Part shown: in pieces, positions 49,117 through 61,700 of the stretch
Numbering within the stretch: the stretch's first letter is position 1
Layout: each line of letters begins with the position of its first letter
Assembly: GCA_964016885.1 (NCBI GenBank)
Contig: OZ024743.1
Span: 146,010,001 to 146,074,000, forward strand
Direction: 5' to 3'
From: Eledone cirrhosa
Lineage: Eukaryota
Length of the DNA stretch: 64,000 nucleotides
Position numbers and translations under genes: made by a program
The notes under the pieces: model-generated
The model's input: only the letters and a program-made list of their open reading frames with translations
The model's database searches: none
Told to the model about the DNA's origin: nothing

Positions 49117-50398
49117 CATCATCATCATCATCATCATCACCGTTTTACGTCCGTTCTTCCATGCAAGCATGGGTTAGACGGGTTGTCCTGTTGTGGGCAG
49201 TGTCTGGTCGGCTGACCATGCCTTGCTCATACGGGAACTGATTCTGGCTTGATTTCTACAGCTGGATGCCCTTCCTAACACCAACAGTGAGTTGGTGTTA
49301 GGAAGTGCTGGGTGCTTTTTTTCCATGGCGCCTACACGTCCACTTTACAGTGTGGGCTGGGTGCTTTTTTGCTGTGGCACCTCCACGTCCAATTTGCAGT
49401 GGGAGGGTGTGGGGGCATATTGTCTATATGCTTCAGCTTCAGCTTGTACCCATGGGGGGGTTGGGTCTTCTGTATTACTGCGTGACGCCAGGGGTCACGG
49501 TTGTGTATCATCGCCTTTGAGAGGTGTAATTGGGTAAGGTTGGCTTTTATCATCTCATCCCAGGTCTTCTTGGGTCTCCCCACTCCGCAGTTTCCATCGA
49601 CTTCTAGTGCTCTGCACCTTTTTATGCAGCTGTCATCCTTCATACGCATCACATGTTCATACCAACACAACCACCTCTCCTGCATACAGCATTTGATTCT
49701 TCTTATGCTCAGTCTCTTTCTCAATTCATTTATGCTTTGCTGTTCATGTATATTACTATTACACATCTATCGGAGCATGCAGGCTTCGTTTCTTTCTAAT
49801 CTAGGTCTCACTACCATGTAACATTGTTTATCGTATACACGCATCATACAGTCTGCCTTTCATTTTGAGGGGAAAGCCTTTTGCAGCTAGCAGTGGCAGT
49901 AGCTCCCTGAACTTCTTCCATCCCGTTCTTACCCTAGTTATTGTACTTTCCGAACACCCACCTCTGCTGCTACATCGGTCACCTAGGTAGCAGAAGCTGT
50001 CTACTGTTTCTACAGAGCCCTCCCAGAATTTGGTGGTGTTTGTTTGCTGTGGCTGTTTGCTGCTTGCTGTCCCAGCACAGCTGCTACATGTGAAGCCTAC
50101 ATTCTTAGTTAAGCTTCCTGAGATCCCACTACATCTCTTGTGTACCCATTGTTTGCATTTGGGTCAGAGAATGAAGTTCCTACCTACACCTTTTCTACAT
50201 ACTGAGCAAGGCCATTTCCCTGAGGGGATCTGGGTTCTGTTTTCTCGTCTAATTACAAGGACCTTAGTCTTTATCAGGTTGACTTTGAGACCCTTTCTTT
50301 CTAGTCCTCTGCTTCCATGTTTGGAATTTCTTCTCTAGTTCTACCATAGATTCAGCTATAAGTGCGAGGTCATCTGCATACAGGAGTTCCCATGGGCA
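49117..50398 (-). mobile_element. RTE LINE, 5'-truncated
   Basis: [11 protein letters not shown] through the 3' UTR and (CAT)n; close relative of 9431-11082. Confidence 0.92.
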
Positions 50399-50471
50399 TA
50401 TATATATATATATATATCGTTTCTGAATTTGTTTAGCAAGATTCTTTATCTGAAATCGTGTGTTGAAACCG

Positions 50472-50902
50472 ATATTGTTATACTTTGGGAGGGTCATGTT
50501 GCCAATAAGAAACACACGCACCAGTTGCTTTCACTTCAATTTATTATACATTTATAAATTTACAAATTTATAAATTTATAAATTTCTGGTTGGTTGGTTG
50601 CTTCCACAACCAGATAGTTGTTTATATATAGTCATAGTCCTTTCGTCCACACACTCTGTGACCTTTTCAGTGACTGGGGATTCCTTTCTGAACAAAGAAA
50701 GGAATCCCCAGTCACTGAAGAGGTCACAGAGTGTGTGACGAAAGAACTATGACTATGTATAAACAACTATCTGGTTGTGGAACCAACCAACCAACCAGAA
50801 CTTTATAAATTTATAAATTTATTATAAATTTATTATAATAAATTGAAGTGAAAGCAACTGGTGCGTGTGTTTCTTATTGGCAACATGACCCTCCCAAAGT
50901 AT

Positions 50903-50910
<8 letters not shown>
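50472..50910. repeat. 439-bp foldback (Penelope-like inverted pLTR) with a hammerhead motif in each arm
   Basis: Arms of about 215 bp, atattgttatactttgggaggg... and ...ccctcccaaagtataacaatat; loop 50689-50696; lies between (TA)n tracts. Confidence 0.9.
50710..50754 (+). ncRNA. Minimal type I hammerhead ribozyme motif
   Basis: AGUCA-CUGAAGA-G-GUCACA GAGUG UGUGAC-GAAA-GAAC-UA-UGACU; mirror copy at about 50630-50675 on the minus strand. Confidence 0.65.
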
Positions 50911-50934
<24 letters not shown>

Positions 50935-51006
50935 CATATTTCAAAACAAAGGAATATCTTTGCTTGTTTAATTATTATACAGAGCATATAAATAAATTTA
51001 CAGTAG

Positions 51007-51126
51007 AATAACATTACAAATATGTTTTAAATATATACATAAATAACATTACAAATATGTTTTAAATATATACATAAATAACATTACAAATATGTTTTAA
51101 ATATATACATAAATAACATTACAAAT
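51007..51126. repeat. 35-bp minisatellite, 3.4 copies
   Basis: Perfect units of aataacattacaaatatgttttaaatatatacata. Confidence 0.92.
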
Positions 51127-53049
51127 GCTTAGACATTATAAATTGCTCACGATTCTTTCAGAAAGATATATTCTTTTAATGTTGCAATACTAAAGAAAAT
51201 GTAAAGTAAGGGGTGAACAACTAAGCCAACACCAGAGCAAAAGACAACAACGTCGCGAGGAGTACCTGGAAATCTCTCTCATGATTTTCTTGTTTAATTA
51301 GGAATACTTTCTGGTTGTAATACATAAAAGTGAAAAAGATAAATTGTTTAACTTTTCAATGATTTAATGTTTTTGTGATTGTAATTTTAATTGATTAATA
51401 AAAAATTTTGAGAGATTTACTAAAATTATTATTACATTACAAAGATTTAAGTTTAACTTATGGTTCTTATATAAAATTATGCTGGAAGATTTAAATTGAA
51501 ATAGGAAGCCTTTAAAATAGGTGGCCTTGTTTTATAGGATCAAAAGCCTTTTTGACCAGTTTGATAGCAAAAAGGTAAAGATGTCTATATGTATACTGGG
51601 GGACAGAAAGGCCTTCGCCTGTCCAATTGGCCAGAGCCTGCTCAAGTTCTGGGGCCACTGTTTCTTGGCTTTGTTTTTATTTTATTTTTTCATATTTCCA
51701 CCAATTCTAATGCTATTTATACAACTGTGAATAAAAACACTTTCGTTCCTTTTTCACTTGGTAAAAAAAAAAAAAAATGTATATATGTATATATAGATTA
51801 GCACTCTCATCCTGCTGAAAAGTTTGCCTTTAGACTTTCTTGTGTGGCAATAAAATCTGTTAACCCTTTAACATTTACATTATTCTATATTTACTATTGT
51901 ATTTTCATGGTAAAGACTTTACCTCACATAATTATCTCACTTAGTATTGAATCTATGAGATTTTGACATTATTTATTTTGAGAACAATACCTTAACATCA
52001 GTATGAGTGGCTGGTTACAGCTGGTTTTAACAGAAAGAAGTGAGAGAATTCTGGCCGAATATGGCTGGTTTAAATCCCTAATTTACCTCTTTTAACTGCA
52101 GTTAAGCCATGTGTTTTTTTTGTTTTTTTTGTTAATATTGGAAGATGAAGAGGGCATTGCAAGGTAGAAATGCCAAATGTTTCAACCTATCCACTTCTTA
52201 TAGGTTTCTTTATATACTTTATTTTACACTTTTGATATTAAACCACCTGAAATCACCCCTGGTTCTACAATACATAGCTGTTTGGTTTGTTTTAAAGTAT
52301 TTTCATTTATCTAAAAATCTCTCATCATAATTTTATGTATGAACCTTTATTATGTTCCAGGCACATAACTTAATAATGAAAAAGTTAGTTATTTTACTAA
52401 ATCCCTTCAAATTTTTGTTTACTTTCAAAGCGATTTCAAAATCACATAGAGTGTGATAAGAAATATAGTAGTGAAAGGCTTAAATATTATCTAGGTTGAG
52501 AATAAGACTCAGATCTTCTGAGAAAATATATGTGATAAACATGTAATCTATCTAAAGGGATATATATCCCACATCTATTTAACGCAGTACTGGCTCTATT
52601 AATATCTGGGGTTGGAAAGGGAACTACTAAATGTAGTAATATATATGAGTATATATGTGGTATTATATATATGTATACATACATATGTGTGTGTGCACAC
52701 ATGAAGTGTCCTAATGGCTAACAGAATATCCGCCTCTAATGCTTAATTTTGTATATCTCATTACCAATATAGAAGAATGCTTTTAGGCAAGCGCTGAATT
52801 CTACCACCCTTTCTGGCTACTTTCTCTCCCTCTCTCTTTCTTTTTAATTTTCTTTTGCTCCAAATTACATAACCAAAAGATAGATACGCTGATGGTTATA
52901 GCACTGACTGCAATATCTAATTAACAAGTGGTTTGACAGCCTGTTGTAGTATAATGTTCAAAATATTCTGTGTTTTAAAAGTTAGGATTTGAAGGCATGG
53001 TTATAGCTGCAGTCATATAAGTTGTGTGTGTGTGAGAGAGAGTTGTTTT

Positions 53050-53260
53050 TATTGTTTAGCCTCATGTTAGTCCTGATCAAGTGGACCTATGATAAAAAAA
53101 ATGCATTCATTCCAGTCATGACCATACATCTTTTTCTGGCATAGTGTATCTTGGACTACTTTATCCAATGTGTAAGATGGCAGGGTCTGATTTGAAAAAG
53201 AAATGGCTGCTATTTTCTAGCTGGTCTAGGGACCACATAGAAGCTCCCGCATTGACTTGT
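53050..53260 (+). mobile_element. Short interspersed repeat, family unassigned
   Basis: Shares ggactac/tattat and ggctgctatttctagcagg blocks with 30170-30300, 35300-35480, 53750-53930 and 54150-54290 (minus). Confidence 0.55.
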
Positions 53261-55994
53261 GTGTGAGAGCATGTGTGTCCTTATCTATGACTGTATTTCA
53301 ATTGAATCACAAAACATTAGTGGATAAATAGCTTTGTACATAATATTATTAGCACTGTAACACTGTAGAAGATTGGGTATTTAGAGTTGCTTGAATGACA
53401 ATAATGACTGTTAAATCTTTAATACACTTTCTTTTAATATCAGTTAGGCATTGTAAGTTTTTTTCAATGTTGGAAGATGAAATTGAAAGTGAGAAGTTTT
53501 TACTGTTCCAACATACCAAATTCTTATGAGTTTATCTGATTAAATGATATTCATCTACGTTGAGAATAAGAGTTACATAGACATATATTTTATTGGAAGG
53601 GAGATATAGCTTACAAAATGTGTAATAATCTTAATAATATATGTTATATAATATGTAAAGGGGAAATGGTTGAGTCAATAAGATTTGAACTACCTGCTAA
53701 CAAGCAGTGAATTTCTTTTTGAAGCAGACATTGTCATTATTTCTGAACACCTAGCTAGCATCAGACCAGCTTTGATTAAGTAAAATACAATCAAAGGCAT
53801 TTGATTCATGACCATCTTGTCTTATTTCTTGTACATCTAGGACTACATTATATAATGTCTTTTCCTTTTTTTCAAGAGAGCAGGTTATCATTTGAAAGAG
53901 ATTTTACTGCTATTTCTAACAAAGTAAAGAACCACGAAACAAGACACATTCTTTGTTTCAGTTTATCTAGTTGGTAGAAATTAGGTACCCGAGCCTCTGA
54001 GTATGCCACACTGGCATTTTATCTGAGTCTAAATATATCCTCTCTTTCACTGGAGTTAAGCACTGGTGTTAAGCACTGGTCTTCAAAGTTCCACTGGAGC
54101 TAATATAACATTTACTTATTTTATTATACCATCGAAATAAACTTTCAGCCTCTACTTGGTCAACTGTCTTGCTAGAAATAGCAGAAATATATCTCATATG
54201 ATATTAATGAGAAGGACACATTAGATAAATGAAATATGTCTAAAAAAATATAAGATGGTATGGTTATAGTCAGGTGTGCTCAATTATAGCTCACCTATAA
54301 CAAACATCAGCAGCATAATTCTATTTCATGTATGTCATGAAAGTCATTGCCAAAGATATAAACATTACAACAATTCATTTGTTTACCCTAAAACCTCTTT
54401 GCCTGTGAGTTTGGTTGTAGCAAATAACCAGGAGTAGGATGGGCTATATGTTTTTAACATAAAGGTATAGTTTTTAGTAGTGTCTTTCTGATTTGATACA
54501 TTACAGGCAGACCCATGCAAAGCTGACAGTAGACCTAGGTCAGATGTCAAATGTAGGCTTCATTTCAAATTGCTCATTAAGTATTTTAGTAATAAATGCT
54601 AAATACAGGTTATTGGTATATATATATGGATTATTGGTATATACATGCATTTGTAGAGTAAATGATATTTACAAGTATCAGAACAGAATAGAATAACTAG
54701 ATCTTGAGGTGAGTAGGCCTCCTCAAAATTGTGGACCCATGTCAACTAGCCCCCCTGCCTTCACCTGATCTGGTTTAGTTACGGGACATCTCTAGAATAC
54801 TAAAAGTGACTAAAAAAAAATAGATATCCATCACAACTTCACTATTCGTGTTTAAAACACTTGTCATTCATTTCTCTAAGGTTGATGAAATAAATAACAG
54901 TAAAAAGAAAATTCTTGGTCATAGCAAACAGCTATACCTCTCTTTCTGATCTGTACCTTCTGGGGGAGTCATAGGGGCACCATAATGACCATATGGCATT
55001 TCTTGAGCATTTTCTAAATCTAGCAGAGCCCATCTCCCCTTCAGGTTTGAATGCAGCTGATTTCTTCTAGAGAAAGGGAGAGAGAGAGAGAGAGTGTTTG
55101 TGTGTGTGTGTGATAGAGGGGAAGTGAGAAAGAGATATAGAAGAAGAATCACCCCTAGTATTGGACTGGTACTTTTTTTTATCAACCTCAAAAGGATAAA
55201 AGACAAAGTTGACCTTGGCAGCATTTGAACTCAAAGTGCAGAGAGACAGAACGAATACTGTAAAATATTCTATCAGATGTTCTAAGGATTCTGCTAATTT
55301 GTTGCCCTAAACAGATATATATATATATTTACCTACAAAAATTAGTTTTATCCTTAAAGAAAAAAAAATCACTATTGTAGCATTTCAATGGAGAAAATTA
55401 TTAATTTCACATGCATTCTGAGTTTTTGTTAAGGCCAAGATATCCTAAGAGAATATGATGGGCTGTCAGCTTCTGATCACTGTACATCCTGATATGGTGG
55501 AGTATTTCTTGAGTGGCTATGGTATTTTTGTTTGTTTTTGCAAAGTAGGTTAATTTTTACTTGGTCACTTTATCATGAATTATTTATGGAATCCGTAGGA
55601 TATCATTAAAAAGATTTATTTTATATTTATTTTAATTTTTATTGTTCAGAACATTTTCAAGTGCAGTAAGCAGTGTGTCAGTCTTGTTGAATACATATTG
55701 ACATTGTTGCATTATGGGAAATAGTGACATCAGTTTTGTACAAATAAAGAAACTATTGCTTTCTCTCTTGATGACATCTTTAGTTTATTTTATAACAATT
55801 CATCCAAACTAATAATTAAAAGGTCATTCAACTTTATATCTTATAACATTCCTCACAAGCACCAGATTTTCTTCAGCAAAGAGAAAATAAATGGAATATT
55901 TTTTTTGTATATAAAAGTAAAAATAATAGTAATGTAATTGTTATTTAATCAATTTCTCCTTGCCCATTCTAATCCTTTGCTGTTTCTATCAAGT

Positions 55995-58038
55995 TATAGC
56001 GAGATTACTGGTAGTGTGAATGTAACAAAACGAGACAATGTTTGTGTATATAATATTTAATTAACGGTAGATAGAATACTTGACATGTCAAAGATAGATG
56101 TTAGAATGAAACAAAGTTAGTAGTTACCGTTTTGATTGCCAGGCAAACGCGGCTGGCAGAGGGCGCCTGGCCTTAGCCAGGCGCCTGTTGGCCAAATTAA
56201 TGGCAGAGCCAAATGAGAAGACTCTTGACCTGGTGCCGAAAAGGCAAAGAGAGGGAGGAAGCCCAAAGTTGTTAGTTTTATAGGGCTCTGACCGGAAGTT
56301 GCAGAAAGGGTTCCACTTCCCGTCTAGATCCCAATCAAAACAAGGGAGACAACCGCTACATAACCTCCCGCCAGAATTTTAGTGTATAAAAATCGAAATG
56401 AAAATATGTAGCAAGTTGGCGAGAATTTTGTAACAGGCATGAAAATTACAAAAGAATGTTTGGAAAAATCAATGATAGATATCAAGGTAGCCAACCGCTC
56501 TTGGCCAGAGAACGACTGGACATCCATCTATCCATCACCCAAAGATACAATGTAATAAAGTAAAAGTAATAGAAGAGCTCAAAGTTCAAAATATAGTTCA
56601 CAGGTGTGCAATCACATGACAGCAGGAAAGAAAGTGTGTTCCAGAGAATGAATGCAGGTGGTTTCTGTTCTGTGGTATATCGTGAAATTTCCAACCTCCG
56701 AATGGATTTTCTCACAGGAAGAGTGCTGCAAAAATAAATTCTCTGGCTTTGGTGAAGCTGTTATGATGTATTGCTGTTGCTGTTATATTGCTGTTGCTGC
56801 TGCTGTTGTCTCGCTGAGTGAGCGTATTCGGTGTTTAAATTCACAGTAAAAAAAATTTTTTTTTTAGAAAAAAAAATGAGTTGCGCAAAGTGCTAGAAAT
56901 AGCAGCCGAAGTTGAGAATGCGTTGACCTGGAAGGGTCAAGAGGCCAGCGACCAGAGAAATAAGCATTCTTAATAAATGCGCGGTTATCAACGGTAAATT
57001 TACATTGTAAATTTATAAACCGGCAAATAGAAGAATATAGCTTAAGGCTGAAGAATCCTTGGGGGAGAAATGCTATCTCTGGCGTGCGGCTATGTCTGTG
57101 AGTAAGAGACATCTCAGTGAATCGAGAATTTATGCTGCCTACACGTGCCAATACAAGGTTGAAAAAAAATATTTCTAACGCGCGAGAAAATGATAGTGCA
57201 ATTTTGAAAGTGACAATGATGAAAAAGAAAGGCTTCAATCAGCATAATTATAGGTGTGAACTTTTTGAAAAAAAAAAAAAAAAAAAAACTTGAACGATGA
57301 AGAAAACGAAGAACAAAAGGCAATGGTTCATCGAAAATAAATGTTCCTGTTGAAATGTTTTTTAAAGAATATCAAATTTCTTTTTTTTTTTTGTGTGTGT
57401 TTTGAAAGAGTTCGTTGTAAGAAACGAGAAACATATATATATATATTGGTGAAATGCGACAGTTAATTGATGCGTGAGAGAAAAAGTATGTCTGTGCGAA
57501 TTCCACATGTGCTTGTGTGCGTGTCCTTGAGTATTTTCATAGTTTGTCGCTAAATTTGCCGTGTATTCGTAATGTTACTCACAAAACCAGATGTGCTATT
57601 TTTTTCTTTTTTTGGGGGTGACCACTTATAGCGATGAACGGCTGCGTGTTCGTATCACGTCGGGGTCACCAATATAGCGAGATTACTGGTAGTGTGAATG
57701 TAACAAAACGAGACAATGTTTGTGTATATAATATTTAATTAACGGTAGATAGAATACTTGACATGTCAAAGATAGATGTTAGAATGAAACAAAGTTAGTA
57801 GTTACCGTTTTGATTGCCAGGCAAACGCGGCTGGCAGAGGGCGCCTGGCCTTAGCCAGGCGCCTGTTGGCCAAATTAATGGCAGAGCCAAATGAGAAGAC
57901 TCTTGACCTGGTGCCGAAAAGGCAAAGAGAGGGAGGAAGCCCAAAGTTGTTAGTTTTATAGGGCTCTGACCGGAAGTTGCAGAAAGGGTTCCACTTCCCG
58001 TCTAGATCCCAATCAAAACAAGGGAGACAACCGCTACA
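55995..58038 (-). mobile_element. Young non-autonomous LTR retrotransposon (366-bp LTRs, tRNA-Trp PBS, TSD AAGT)
   Basis: LTRs 55995-56360 and 57673-58038 look identical by eye; AAGT at 55991-55994 and 58039-58042; PBS TGGTGACCCCGACGTGAT; PPT-like GGCGGGAGG; no gag or pol. Confidence 0.95.
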
Positions 58039-58763
58039 AAGTAATAAATCCTTACAATGGGTGGTGTAGTTGACTGAAACATTTGAGCACCAAAGGTAAA
58101 ACTAGTACAATATTTGGATTCATCCTTCTGTTGTTCAAATTTAAATTCTGCTAGGATCTACTTTGCATTTTATTCTATTGGTGTCAATATGATAGGCACC
58201 AGTAATACACTGGAGTTTATTTAAACTCCACATCCATCTTTAGCAATCCCACTGACTCCCACTCCTACCTCAATTTATTCTCCTCCCATCCTACTTGCAA
58301 TAAATCAGCTATCATAATTCTTTTATCTTCACAACATTTGTAGCCAAGGCTCTCACACAGAGTTACTTGCCAATGAAACTTGCAGCCTAATTCCTTTACA
58401 CCTTTCAACACTCAGCCTGGAACATCTATTTCTATCAGTTCCCATTGTAACACATACACTTTGGATATTGTTAAATGAAAAGCAGATAACATTGAAAGTT
58501 CAGTGAGAACAGTTATTTGTGATGTGAATAAAAGCACAGAAATGTGTTTTATATTTTCAATATTCCAGAGATGATATCTTTTGGAAATAACAATGACATA
58601 GTTTTAGGAGAAGTTGGTAGAGAATTTAACAGTTTAGTTTTGGGAATGAAGTGATGGTTGGAATGTTATCTGGATAATTTGCAGTTATTTCTTTTTTCAT
58701 TTTGTTGAAGAAAATGAGGATTTGGTGTTAGGATAAGTTAAGAAAAGAGCTGATTGAAGTAAC

Positions 58764-61700
58764 TGTGGTGAGAAAGCTATTCCACTTACTACGAGTCTGC
58801 TGGTTCACTCCAAGCCGGGCATCAATCTCCGTCGTTATAATCAAGTCGCCAAGCTGCAGCTTAATCCGGTACGTCCGTCTTGCTCCAAGTCGCCGTGAGA
58901 GATGCCTTACGGACGCCGCCTTGGAAACACATGGACGCAGCCTACAGACGCTGCCTCGGAAACGCATAGCCGCCCCAGCCTACGGACGCCGCCTCAAGCA
59001 CATCTCGCCTCACTCCTCCTCCGCCTCCGGTCAAGCGTCCACATCTGACGTCACCTTCTCCACACAGCCCCCCCCCCCCCTCCCTGATCTCAAGGATCAA
59101 TCTCCCCCTCACTCTGCTGAATGTGATAATCTGCCGTCCACCCAGGCAGTCGGCGATCCCGTCGCGATCTCCGTAATGTTGGGGTGGCACTTTTGATTTC
59201 CTCTTCCTCTTCCTCGGAGTCTGTCAACACAATGATTCTACGGACATCCAGGACGTGACGTGGTACTCCGTCCACGGACACATTATTCTGGGAATTCATG
59301 GCCGTAACCGTTCCCTTTCCCCATTGAGATGTGCTGCGTGCATCTGGGGGCTTAATTCAGACTTCCTCGCCCACCTGTACGAATGCGCTCTCTCTCTCTA
59401 CTGGCTGTTGTGGTACCGTGCATGGATGCCGCCACTCGTACTTGTATATCGCTCTGTGTGGCACCGATTCCTCAGCCTGTCCCACCCGAGGGGACATGTT
59501 GTACCTAAACACTGCCTCCATTGGTGAGATGTGCCCCCGTTCCGCCATTGCTTTGATTGTGCGGTGGTGTCGCTCCATGATCCCATTTCCGCTCGGCCTG
59601 TATGATGCTCTGAAGAAGCAGTCCACCTTCCATCCATCAAGCATTTCCCTCAGCGCCTCAGACCGGAACGCTGCACTGTTGTCCATCAGCAGTTTATCCA
59701 CAGGGCCCTGCTCCAAAAGTATCTCTCTCAACGTCCGTGTGATTTCCTCCGCAGTTCCCATCTTCATTTCCCTCCATATCGCCATCCATCCCGGTCCACA
59801 ATCAACCATCGAGAGGTATGTTCCCTGTTGGTAGTACGTCACATCCACTGCCAATCGTTTCCAGTCGCGATCCACCAGGAGACTTCCCGACTCGTGCACA
59901 CTCGGGGCTGGATCGATAGACTGGCATCGGACGCAGCCTCTGACCACACTCTTGACACTGTCTCTGCGAACGTCGGAATCGATTTTCTTGGCTAGGAACA
60001 GGGTTCTATCCCCTCCCATGTGGTGCATGGCATGCAACCCTTTAAGGTCCAACTCGCTCAGCCGACACACAGCGGCTATCCCCTCTTCTGCATCCTCCGA
60101 CGCTTCCATCCAGGCTTTCTTCACCCTGGTTAAGATGTCTGCTCTATTTTTCTCTGAGGGCACGAAGACTACACTCAACTTCAGGCCGAACTCGGTGGCC
60201 AGCTCTCCTAGAGGTACCAGGCGGCGCTTTATCAGCATTTCTGCCGCCCCTCTCGTTCGCACTCTCTTCTCACTGGTAAGCACTGACCTCACCCATCCGA
60301 GTACAGTCGCCGAGTCGGTGCGAATCTCGATGGTGCGCAGTCCCCACCTCAAGGCGAGGTTCACCCCTTTCAACACAGTGTCCAGCTCGGCCAAATTGAT
60401 GTGGTTACAATCATCTTTCTTCCTGAGCCAGGCTGCATCCTTGACCTCGACACCTCCTGTCTCCAGCATGACACCTAACGCTATGCTGCTGGCATCACAC
60501 CATACAGTTCCACTCTGCGATTTGGGGACATACCAGCGTCCTCGCACCGGGTCATCAGCCTTCACCCTCCCCATGATCTGCATCATGGCCATCGTCCTCT
60601 CTCCCACCTTGTAATTCCAAGTAACCCCGTCCGCTCGTCTCTTGACATAGCTGCATGCCGTCCGGAGCCACCCAGCAATTGGGTAGTGACTCACCAATTT
60701 TCCACACACCGAGAAGAGTTCCCATCTATTCATGATTGGGCCCAGTTCCGGGACTTCATTTCCCCTCCGAAATACCAACATGCCCGTCTTGTCTCTTCAG
60801 AGCCGAAGTCCCAGTGCGGCTCCTCCCTCCAATGCCTCCGATGGTTTTGCAGTCAATCCGTACCCTTCTAAATGGGTCGTGACCTCCACCACCAACACTA
60901 TAGTCTCGTCCACTAGGATGTTGACGATGTTGGAATTGGTGGCCCTCTTCGTCTTGTCAGTCTTTCCCAGAATGGTCTTGAGGACCGCCGCCATGATCTT
61001 CGGTGCAGAGTTCAGCCCGAAGCCGAGCCTGGTCAGGCAATATGTCTGACCCTTATACTTGACAAGCTGATATTGCCACAGCTTCTTCTCCACGTGTAGC
61101 TGTAGACATGCCGACTTTAAGTCGACGATTGTGGAAGCCCCCGTCATACGTCTCCACTCGCGCAGAGTTTCCCCGCAGACATCCGTGACCTCACCACCCA
61201 TGTGACATGACACATGCTCATTCAGCTCCCGAAAATCCAACACTGGTCTCACCTTGTTCTTCGTGAGTTGCACCACAGCCATTAACGGCAGTATCCCACA
61301 CTTCACCTCCTCCTTCCAGGGAAGCAGTATGCACCTCCTCGATCCATTTCTCTACCTCTCACTCAAACTCTCTCCTAGTGTCTCTTTTCAATGTGTGCTG
61401 ATAGCAGCCCACTTTTTTCTTCAGTGTTGGTGGTTTTCCCTTCCAGTACCACTCAACAATCCATCGCTGCCCGTCGAACATGGCCTTGAAGTCCTTATCC
61501 TGTACGGTATGAGCGGCATATTTTTCCTCGTGGGCCTTCTCGCTCTCCTGATGCGTACTCACAGGTCATGCTGGTGCAGCACCACCAAATGTTACTCCGA
61601 CATCGTTCACTGACGCCTCCTAATCGGCCAATCATGTCCATGCCCATAACCACGTCAATTCCATCTACTACGCAGTCGACCACAATGGCTGAAAGCCTAA

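Noticed and set aside
51007-51126. CRISPR-like periodicity
   Set aside because: Head-to-tail identical units without spacers in a eukaryotic genome; an ordinary minisatellite.
55433-55522. Possible exon of a second gene (MMGCQLLITVHPDMVEYFLSGY)
   Set aside because: Plausible splice sites, but no recognisable homology and no partner exons found.
56231-56241. TGGTGCCGAAA, resembling a canonical tRNA-Phe PBS, inside both LTRs
   Set aside because: Only 11 nt, internal to the LTR and on the strand opposite the real PBS; probably chance.
57610-57671. Possible tRNA-Trp gene
   Set aside because: Only the 3' 32 nt including an encoded CCA are present, with no D-arm or anticodon arm; it is a PBS.
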